A DNA stretch of 62,950 bases from Patescibacteria group bacterium (GTDB lineage Bacteria > Patescibacteriota > Microgenomatia > UBA10105 > UBA927): positions 1 through 62,950 of the forward strand of contig JBBTUH010000001.1 in assembly GCA_038063875.1 (NCBI GenBank), in the 5' to 3' direction. Of this stretch, positions 1 through 6,960 are shown one piece after another. A program made the position numbers and the translations under genes. Every line of letters begins with the position of its first letter. Position 1 is the stretch's first letter. The notes under the pieces were generated by a model. That model was not told the origin of the DNA, made no database searches, and saw only the letters and a program-made list of their open reading frames with translations.

Positions 1-1
1 T

Positions 2-712
2 TTAAAAGCTGAACACAAGAAATCATTGCTCAGCGAGTACTTACGTGAAATCGTATATGGGGGAAATGACGGAATAGTCACCACATTTGCCGTCGTCGCG
101 GGATTTGCGGGAGCACAAATAAATCCTACATCCTCGCCTGTCCCCGTACTCTCTGTACTTCTTTTTGGATTAGCTAATCTTTTTGCTGATGCACTATCTA
201 TGAGTCTTGGGAGCTTTTTATCACTTCGCGCTGATCGCGACGTGTACCAATTGCACCAACGCAGAGAGCGACAGGAAATAACCAACAACCCCACAGACGA
301 ATTTCAAGAAACAATCGAAATACTTCGACGAAAACACTTCTCCCAAAAGGATGCTCACACAATCGCATTGATATACAAATCAAACCCTACATACTGGCTA
401 GAGTTTATGATGAAAGATGAGCTAGAAATGTATAATCCCGAAAAAGAACACCTCATCGTTGTCGCTATTTCTACATTTGTATCGTTTATAGTATTTGGAT
501 TTATTCCATTACTCCCATACGTTACCACACTACCCAGTGACGTACTCTTTATAGCATCAGTACTCTGTACCATGACGGCACTGGTACTGCTTGGCATACT
601 TCGAGCAATAGTCTCACAACAAAAATCAATTCGAGGCATTATGGAAACACTCCTCGTTGGTGGTTTATCTGCAAGTGTCGCTTATTTTGTCGGTACGTTT
701 TTCCGCCTCTGA
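2..712 (+). CDS. VIT1/CCC1-family iron/manganese transporter (5' end probably outside the window)
   Basis: ORF 26..712. It has the N-terminal LREIVYGGNDGIVTTFAVVAG motif and C-terminal hydrophobic helices typical of the VIT family. The first in-window start is TTG at 26, but the frame stays open back to base 2. Confidence 0.75.
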   Translation, partial: LKAEHKKSLLSEYLREIVYGGNDGIVTTFAVVAGFAGAQINPTSSPVPVLSVLLFGLANLFADALSMSLGSFLSLRADRDVYQLHQRRERQEITNNPTDEFQETIEILRRKHFSQKDAHTIALIYKSNPTYWLEFMMKDELEMYNPEKEHLIVVAISTFVSFIVFGFIPLLPYVTTLPSDVLFIASVLCTMTALVLLGILRAIVSQQKSIRGIMETLLVGGLSASVAYFVGTFFRL

Positions 713-768
713 CAAGCTATTTCTATTTTTGCATTGACACAAAACTATCCCTATGCCACTATGGATGC

Positions 769-1368
769 ATGGGTTCAAAAATCTCATTGGTAGTGTTGTG
801 GTTTCCCCTTACGTTTGGTCTGCTTCTTTGTAACCTCTTAGCGCTCTCTTCTCTACGATCAAACACACTGAAACTTAGTTATGGTTCAAATCGCATCTAT
901 AGAGCGCCAATCGTCGCATCAACGCTTGATGGCAGTGAACAAGTTCTCGGCGCGACTATAGAAGCCGCTGATGCCAGAGCACTCCTTCTTGCCTCGTATC
1001 TTAAGAAACAAGAAAGTCCGCTGGCGGAATACGCTAGCTACATCATAGATAGAGCAGAGACATACAACATAGATTATCGTATGGTGCCCGCTATTGCTAT
1101 GTGTGAATCTAGTGGTGGTAAACGCATACCAAGTAAAGATTCCTACAACGCGTGGGGAGTGGCAGTATACACCGGACAACTCACAGGGAAAAAGTTTATA
1201 AACTGGATACATGCTATCGACTGGGTCAGTAAATACATAAAAGAGAAGTATCATGATAAAGGTTTTGTTGATCTTATCGATATCGGCGCCAAGTGGGCGC
1301 CACCGTCTGTGGAGAACGGAAATTCATGGGCAAATTGTGTCGATTATTTCATGGAAAAGATGCAATAA
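769..1368 (+). CDS. secreted lysozyme-like / glucosaminidase-superfamily protein (paralog 1)
   Basis: N-terminal signal/TM segment. The motif AIAMCESSGGKRIPSKDSYNAWGVAVY resembles the ESxxG...N(A/L)(W/F)G core of the glucosaminidase/lysozyme fold. It is a clear paralog of the ORF at 1475..2023. Confidence 0.5.
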   Translation: MGSKISLVVLWFPLTFGLLLCNLLALSSLRSNTLKLSYGSNRIYRAPIVASTLDGSEQVLGATIEAADARALLLASYLKKQESPLAEYASYIIDRAETYNIDYRMVPAIAMCESSGGKRIPSKDSYNAWGVAVYTGQLTGKKFINWIHAIDWVSKYIKEKYHDKGFVDLIDIGAKWAPPSVENGNSWANCVDYFMEKMQ

Positions 1369-1385
1369 TATTAGACCCATAATAC

Positions 1386-1414
1386 TTGACAAAGCGCTTC
1401 GTTTACGCTATACT
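1386..1414 (+). promoter_or_regulatory. sigma70-like promoter TTGACA-17-TATACT
   Basis: TTGACA at 1386-1391, an exact 17-nt spacer, TATACT at 1409-1414. It lies about 60 nt upstream of the ATG at 1475. Confidence 0.5.
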
Positions 1415-1474
1415 CCATAGCTAGATCCTAAGGTTTACTAATTTATTAGTTTGCTTTAGGGTTTTTTTTGATTT

Positions 1475-2023
1475 ATGAAACAAATCCTTACTATCATCAC
1501 TCTTACACTGGCACTTTTGGCGTCTGCCAAACCTGTCCTTGCCAATCAGATTGCCATAGCTGGCACCTCTGCCACACCGAGCTTTACGTTGGTCAAAGCT
1601 GACACACGTATAGAGCAGTTGAAGGCGTACTTCAACTCCCACAACTCTCCGCTTTCTGATGAAGCTGCCTTCTTTGTGTCAGAAGCAGACCGATTAAACC
1701 TTGACTGGAAGCTTGTCGCGGCTATCGCTGGCACGGAATCTACCTTTGGTAAGCGTATTCCTGCTAATTCCTACAATGCGTGGGGATGGGCTATCTATAC
1801 TGGCATGCAGGACGGCAAACACTTCTCGTCATGGAAAGACGGTATTACGACCGTGTCTGAAGGTCTTAAATATAAGTATATCGATAAAGGGGCTATTACG
1901 ATCGAACAAATAGGTCGCATCTATGCGGCGTCCCCTCGATGGGCTACAAACGTACATTTCTTTTTAAATGCCATCGATGGCTTTGCGCCAAAAGCAATCG
2001 GCGATCTAGCAGTTACTATCTAA
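1475..2023 (+). CDS. secreted lysozyme-like / glucosaminidase-superfamily protein (paralog 2)
   Basis: Signal peptide MKQILTIITLTLALLASAKPVLA. The motif AIAGTESTFGKRIPANSYNAWGWAIY is shared with the ORF at 769..1368. Confidence 0.5.
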   Translation: MKQILTIITLTLALLASAKPVLANQIAIAGTSATPSFTLVKADTRIEQLKAYFNSHNSPLSDEAAFFVSEADRLNLDWKLVAAIAGTESTFGKRIPANSYNAWGWAIYTGMQDGKHFSSWKDGITTVSEGLKYKYIDKGAITIEQIGRIYAASPRWATNVHFFLNAIDGFAPKAIGDLAVTI

Positions 2024-2050
2024 CCACGATATAATACAAGCGGGTATTAT

Positions 2051-2132
2051 GCCGGGATGGCGAAATTGGTAGACGCGCAGGTTTTAGGAACCTGTGAGGT
2101 AACTCTTGGAGGTTCGATTCCTCTTCCCGGCA
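2051..2132 (+). tRNA. tRNA-Leu (anticodon TAG), type II with long variable arm, CCA not encoded
   Basis: Hand-folded cloverleaf. Acceptor GCCGGGA/TCCCGGC; anticodon stem CAGGT/ACCTG with loop TTTAGGA; variable arm TGAGGTAACTCTT; T arm GGAGG-TTCGATT-CCTCT; discriminator A. Confidence 0.85.
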
Positions 2133-2171
2133 CACCTTGCTCTTTTCCCACACACTTCGTACTATAAAAGC

Positions 2172-2978
2172 ATGGTCTTGAAACAAGTTTATATATATGC
2201 TGTGTTATTTTTTATGGGTCTGTCTTTTGCGTCTATCGTGAAAGCAACGTCACCACAAGCCTATCAAGACTTCCAATTTCAATTCGATATCTATCGTCAG
2301 ATATTTGGTGACTACCGCGTCGCACTCGGAGAATTTAAAAAATACAGTTCACTGGCCAGCGAACAAATGGCACTCGATAAAGCCAAACAACTCATCGGTC
2401 AGAGAAATCAAGTCGCGCGTGCATACTTTTTATTCCTAAACGAAAAGCTTACCGAAAATCCTTCTATGCCGCCTGCGGAATTAGATTTGTATCATAAAAT
2501 TATCACCAACGAAATCGCGTTTCTCGATCAAGAAACATCTCTTGCACCATCTCTCTCATCTTTGGCTGATGTAGAAAAAGTTTCGCAAGAATTTATCAAA
2601 CACTATCCTCTCATGCAATCGGCATTCCGCCAAGTCATCATCGCAACACAGTTAGGATACTTACGATACTTTGCCAAACAATTTGACACAGTGGCAAGCG
2701 AAGCGCAAGCACTGGTCAACGCCAACAGGTCAGCTATGACAGACACCAAACGCGCAACGCTTGACCGGTGGATATTGGCGCTTTCAAACAAACGAAGTTT
2801 ATATCAACAAAAAGTAGATGGGGTACGCACAGGAGCATTTAAGCTAAACGGAGATGTCGCTGACCAAGACCGTAAGTTTATCGTCATTCTTCAAGATCTC
2901 ACGGCCGCACGACAGTATTTGATAGAAGGTTCATCATTTTTCACCGAAGTAGAAAATGCATTACGATATGATGACTAA
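2172..2978 (+). CDS. hypothetical secreted/membrane-anchored all-alpha protein
   Basis: ORF 2106..2978 trimmed to the ATG at 2172, because its first 22 codons overlap tRNA-Leu. N-terminal hydrophobic segment VYIYAVLFFMGLSFASIV. No recognisable family. Confidence 0.55.
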   Translation: MVLKQVYIYAVLFFMGLSFASIVKATSPQAYQDFQFQFDIYRQIFGDYRVALGEFKKYSSLASEQMALDKAKQLIGQRNQVARAYFLFLNEKLTENPSMPPAELDLYHKIITNEIAFLDQETSLAPSLSSLADVEKVSQEFIKHYPLMQSAFRQVIIATQLGYLRYFAKQFDTVASEAQALVNANRSAMTDTKRATLDRWILALSNKRSLYQQKVDGVRTGAFKLNGDVADQDRKFIVILQDLTAARQYLIEGSSFFTEVENALRYDD

Positions 2979-2979
2979 T

Positions 2980-3357
2980 ATGGAAGACTCACAACAAACG
3001 CCAGTTCCAACGATGGAGCCTATCAGAGAGCCACCAATAATAACAGCGAGTAATAAAAAACCATTACCGCTGATCTCACTATTGGGAGGAGTCATCGCAC
3101 TGCTGCTGCTTGCCATACTCATGCTGTTTCTCCAAAACCAACGAGCCAAAAACGTCCCTGAAGAAATCGTAGCGACCCCGACAGCAGCGCCAACACCCAC
3201 GCCGATTCGCAAACCATCAGCCCTCTCGTCGACCCAAGCTTTTGCAACATTTAGCAGCAAAAAAGCATCCTTTTCAGCAGAAATCAATAATTATAGTTTT
3301 CAAGAAGGCCTCTTCACGCCTCCCACCCTTGATCTCGATCTTGGCATAAACGACTAA
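2980..3357 (+). CDS. hypothetical single-pass membrane protein
   Basis: ORF 2956..3357. The ATG at 2980 sits directly after the upstream stop. One TM helix (LPLISLLGGVIALLLLAILMLFL) is followed by a Pro/Thr/Ala-rich stretch. Confidence 0.45.
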   Translation: MEDSQQTPVPTMEPIREPPIITASNKKPLPLISLLGGVIALLLLAILMLFLQNQRAKNVPEEIVATPTAAPTPTPIRKPSALSSTQAFATFSSKKASFSAEINNYSFQEGLFTPPTLDLDLGIND

Positions 3358-3498
3358 CTTGATGCACTACTTATTTATGTACATCGATGTTGCTGAATTG
3401 AAATTTTTGTCGTGAAATAATAGAATAGGTTATTAGAACAATATAAATTCAAATCGTCATTGACGATTGATTAAAAAAAGATCAATAATAAAACAAGT

Positions 3499-3819
3499 AT
3501 GAAAAAAATATATATTCCTCGACATATCCATGTTCAAATAGAAAAGGGAGATACAGGTGCTCTTGTAGCTACGCTGCCTTCTTTTGACGCCGTAACGGAA
3601 GCGAGTGATCTCTCTGAATTATTTTTTAATGTAAATGATTTAATTTATAGTATTTTTGACATTCCAAAACGCTTACAAAAAAATATTCAATATATTCCAA
3701 CAAAGGAATCACAGTTAACCATGATTCGTATTCAACAAGCGCCTAAGGAACAATTTAAAGAAAAGATTGAAATACAAAGATATAATAGAGAAACATCTCC
3801 TCTAATACATCTTACATAA
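3499..3819 (+). CDS. HicB-like (UPF0150 fold) putative antitoxin
   Basis: The N-terminus IHVQIEKGDTGALVATLPSFDAVTEASDLSELFFNVNDLI fits the HicB pattern (xVxIExxxxGxxxAxxPxxxxxxxxGxxxxEaxxnxxdai). It lies in an AT-rich islet, 5 nt upstream of a HicA-like ORF. Confidence 0.4.
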   Translation: MKKIYIPRHIHVQIEKGDTGALVATLPSFDAVTEASDLSELFFNVNDLIYSIFDIPKRLQKNIQYIPTKESQLTMIRIQQAPKEQFKEKIEIQRYNRETSPLIHLT

Positions 3820-3824
3820 ATTCT

Positions 3825-4070
3825 ATGAAATCCTTTGGAAGCCAAAAGTTTATACTTTGTCTTTCAAGGTTAGGACTTCAACAACAACGTAAGATTGCGT
3901 CTAGACATATAAAATTTAAATGTCCTAAACCTCATGTTGCAGGTGAGCGCTCTTTTATTGAAGTTTTACAAGGGAAGTCAGGGTTTGATCCCAAAACACA
4001 AACAAAAATGATTAAAAATCTCGTAAAACATGGTTTTACTAAGGAACAAATTGAAAAGTCGTTAAGATAA
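3825..4070 (+). CDS. HicA-like putative mRNA-interferase toxin
   Basis: 81 aa. FILCLSRLGLQQQRKIASRHIKFK resembles the HicA/YcfA core (L.k.Gf...r..GSH..f). Small basic protein adjacent to the HicB-like ORF. Confidence 0.4.
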   Translation: MKSFGSQKFILCLSRLGLQQQRKIASRHIKFKCPKPHVAGERSFIEVLQGKSGFDPKTQTKMIKNLVKHGFTKEQIEKSLR

Positions 4071-4129
4071 ATAGAATTTGCCTAACGTACATCTTGGCAG
4101 CCACTAGCCTCGTATGGTACACTTCACAC

Positions 4130-4933
4130 ATGAATTCGACGAAAACAGTATCATCAGACGGCACCATTGAGCTCACATTTTCCATCCCTTGGAAAACTAT
4201 GGAAGCCACATACGAGGTCGTGATCGATGACTTCGTCAAAAATGCAGAGCTTTCAGGATTTCGCAAAGGTAAAGCACCACGAAAGATGGTGGAGGACAGC
4301 CTCAACAGAAATACAGTCTATGAAGAAGCGATCAAACGCTTAGTCCCCAAATACTACGCAGATGCCATAGAGGAACACAAAATCAAACCAATTCTGATGC
4401 CCCAAATAGAGCTGAAGGAGGCCAAAGAAAATTCAGACTGGGTCGTGTCTGCTAAAACTTGCCAGAGACCAATCGTAGAAGTATGTGACTACAAAAAAGT
4501 ACTACAAGAACTCAAAGCGAACAAAGACAAAAAACCGACGCTTGACGACATTTTGACCAAAGTATTAAGCGTCACCAAAGCAACGATTCCGATGATCTTG
4601 GTTGAGCACGAAGTGACCCATCAACTCTCTCAATTAGTCGACCAAACGAAAAAATTAGGACTCACTGTCGAGCAGTATTTGGCTTCTACCAACCGAACCG
4701 CTGACTCAGTACGACAAGAATACTCAGCCAACGCTATCCGCGCCCTTACCTTAGAATTTACACTCGAAGTCATTGCGGATACCGAGAAAATCACCGTCGA
4801 CGATGCCGATCTTGCCAAGATTTTAGCGACAGCCAAAACGGACGCTGAGAAGAAGCAATTCGAAGAACAGAAGTATTATTTGGTGAACATGCTCAGACGC
4901 CAAAAAACGATCGATTTCCTCTCTTCTCTCTAA
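4130..4933 (+). CDS. tig: trigger factor, short form without an obvious PPIase domain
   Basis: The ribosome-binding signature GFRKGKAPRKMVE and the flanking N-domain sequence are typical of Tig. Start trimmed to the ATG at 4130; the ORF opens with TTG at 4094. Confidence 0.75.
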   Translation: MNSTKTVSSDGTIELTFSIPWKTMEATYEVVIDDFVKNAELSGFRKGKAPRKMVEDSLNRNTVYEEAIKRLVPKYYADAIEEHKIKPILMPQIELKEAKENSDWVVSAKTCQRPIVEVCDYKKVLQELKANKDKKPTLDDILTKVLSVTKATIPMILVEHEVTHQLSQLVDQTKKLGLTVEQYLASTNRTADSVRQEYSANAIRALTLEFTLEVIADTEKITVDDADLAKILATAKTDAEKKQFEEQKYYLVNMLRRQKTIDFLSSL

Positions 4934-4992
4934 AAAACGAAGCAAAAAAATTCATTTGCATTTCCTCTAGTATGTAGTATAATTGCGCCAAC

Positions 4993-5592
4993 ATGACACA
5001 AACCGTACCCAAAAACAAGCCATCAGGCTACAAAAACGACAACGTCTTAGAACAACTGCGCGGGGTCGGCTCTGATGTGACCATGTCTACCGTGGACGTG
5101 GCAGCCAAAGTTGGTGAAAACATTTTCTCGGCCCTTCTTGGAAACGCTCCACAAAAATCAGGCGAACTCCAACCCAATCAAACCATTGAATTAGGTCTAC
5201 AAACACAAGAGGTAGCGATACCTAAAAAAGAAGCGCCTAAGATGGAAGTCGCGCATGCGTCTACAGACGCCATTATGGAGCAGACGAGGCAGCAACTTGA
5301 GGCAGTCCGACAAGAGTTAAAGGCGCTGTCCCAATCACTCAAAAATTTGAGTAAAGATGTACAAGCAGCTATCGAGACGTCTCCCGTGAGTCCGGGGATT
5401 TATCACATCAACTACTACGATCAACTCCGCATCTTTATCCATGTTCTGCGCTTGCAGATTGAGGATAGTCGTGTGTGGCTCCAAATGAGTGTTGGACGCA
5501 AAAAGAAATTAGGCTACTGGGGCATGTTTAAAAAGCACGGCACCACCTTTGGTCTCTCCAACGAACGCTCTCTTGCTACCGCAGCTGGCTAA
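4993..5592 (+). CDS. hypothetical protein with central coiled coil
   Basis: Clean 199-aa ORF preceded by a TATAAT-containing stretch (4975-4982). No family recognised. Confidence 0.5.
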   Translation: MTQTVPKNKPSGYKNDNVLEQLRGVGSDVTMSTVDVAAKVGENIFSALLGNAPQKSGELQPNQTIELGLQTQEVAIPKKEAPKMEVAHASTDAIMEQTRQQLEAVRQELKALSQSLKNLSKDVQAAIETSPVSPGIYHINYYDQLRIFIHVLRLQIEDSRVWLQMSVGRKKKLGYWGMFKKHGTTFGLSNERSLATAAG

Positions 5593-5623
5593 GTACGATT
5601 CTTCCTTATATAATACTGTTAAC

Positions 5624-5695
5624 GGATCGTTAGCTCAGCGGTAGAGCGCTGCATTCACATTGCAGATGTCGTAGGTTCAAATCCTACACGGTCCA
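5624..5695 (+). tRNA. tRNA-Val (anticodon CAC), CCA not encoded
   Basis: Hand-folded. Acceptor GGATCGT/ACGGTCC; D arm GCTC-AGCGGTA-GAGC; anticodon stem CTGCA/TGCAG with loop TTCACAT; T arm GTAGG-TTCAAAT-CCTAC; discriminator A. Confidence 0.85.
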
Positions 5696-5699
5696 CCTT

Positions 5700-6866
5700 A
5701 TGAAGGTTAAATTTTTCAAACCCTACATCACGGGCAACGAAATCAAATACATCCACGACATCATCAAAAATGGAAAGGATATGTCTGGTGACGGTGAATA
5801 TACCCAGAAAGTTCATGCATGGCTTGAGAAGCGGTACAAAGTGCCCAAAGTTCTTCTGACGACGTCAGGTACGACTGCTTTGGAAATGGCAGTCCGACTG
5901 CTCAATCTAAAAGCAGGTGACGAAGTGATCGTCCCGTCATTTACCTTTTCATCCACAGCCAACGCAATACTTATGCAAAACGGGCTCAAGGCTGTATTTG
6001 CCGATGTAGATGCCAACACCCTAAACATCGATCCCAACGATATCAAACGAAACATCACCAAACATACCAAAGCGTTACTGATAGTTCACTACGCAGGAGT
6101 CGCCTGTGACATGGACGCAATAATGAAAATTGCAAGAGAGCACAAACTAAAAGTCGTTGAGGACGCAGCACAAGCTATAGAGAGCACATACAAAAGAAAG
6201 CAGCTTGGTACGTTTGGCGATTTTGGATGCCTGAGTTTTCATGACACGAAAAATATCACGTGTGGTGAAGGTGGCGCACTCTTTATCAATACGAAAAATG
6301 TAAAGATTATAGAACAAGCAGAAATCATACGCGAAAAGGGGACGAATAGAAGCAAATTTTTTCGAGGACTCGTAGACAAATATACATGGATGGATGTGGG
6401 GAGTAGCTACCTGCCAAGTGACCTGCTAGCGGCGTACCTCTACGCGCAACTAGAAAAGATAGATAAAATTACTTCCAGTCGCAAGAGAGCGTATGAGTAT
6501 TATAGGAAGAAATTATCGCCCTATGAGAAAAAAGGATTTTTCCAACTTCCTACTATTTCCAAGGGAGCCACACACAACGCACATATTTTCTACATACTCT
6601 TACCGACAGGGAAAAAACGTGATGTGGTGCTAGCCTCCTTACGAAAAAATGGCATAGGTGCATCCTTTCACTACATCCCGCTTCACTCCGCCCCGCAAGG
6701 AGTGAGGACTGGCAGCAACCCAAACGCGCTTCCCATAACCACGTCTGTCAGTCAGAGACTGTTGCGGCTTCCATTATTTTCTGACATAACCAAACGCGAA
6801 CAAGACTTCGTCATAAAACATTTACGTATGGTACTCCGTACAACAAATCACAAAATAGCGCAGTAG
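5700..6866 (+). CDS. wecE: DegT/DnrJ/EryC1-family aminotransferase, dTDP-4-amino-4,6-dideoxygalactose transaminase-like
   Basis: Collinear similarity to E. coli WecE/RffA along the whole protein: SGDGEYTQKVHAWLEKRY, VPSFTFSSTANA, HYAGVACDMD, FHDTKNITCGEGGAL, IIREKGTNRSKFFRGLVDKYTWMDVGSSYLPSD, LLRLPLF. Confidence 0.85.
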   Translation: MKVKFFKPYITGNEIKYIHDIIKNGKDMSGDGEYTQKVHAWLEKRYKVPKVLLTTSGTTALEMAVRLLNLKAGDEVIVPSFTFSSTANAILMQNGLKAVFADVDANTLNIDPNDIKRNITKHTKALLIVHYAGVACDMDAIMKIAREHKLKVVEDAAQAIESTYKRKQLGTFGDFGCLSFHDTKNITCGEGGALFINTKNVKIIEQAEIIREKGTNRSKFFRGLVDKYTWMDVGSSYLPSDLLAAYLYAQLEKIDKITSSRKRAYEYYRKKLSPYEKKGFFQLPTISKGATHNAHIFYILLPTGKKRDVVLASLRKNGIGASFHYIPLHSAPQGVRTGSNPNALPITTSVSQRLLRLPLFSDITKREQDFVIKHLRMVLRTTNHKIAQ

Positions 6867-6895
6867 ATGGGGATTCTTTTTATATTTTAGACATA

Positions 6896-6924
6896 TTGAC
6901 AACCTTGAAATCACATCCTATAAT
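6896..6924 (+). promoter_or_regulatory. perfect consensus sigma70 promoter TTGACA-17-TATAAT
   Basis: TTGACA at 6896-6901, 17-nt spacer, TATAAT at 6919-6924. It lies about 37 nt upstream of the ATG at 6961 of the giant surface-protein ORF. Confidence 0.6.
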
Positions 6925-6960
6925 CCCTTAGAGTCCTGCCAAAACACATTGAGCTTATTC

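Noticed and set aside
2106-2171. The upstream extension of ORF 2106..2978.
   Set aside because: It overlaps the 3' part of tRNA-Leu (2051-2132). The internal ATG at 2172 gives a normal signal/anchor N-terminus.
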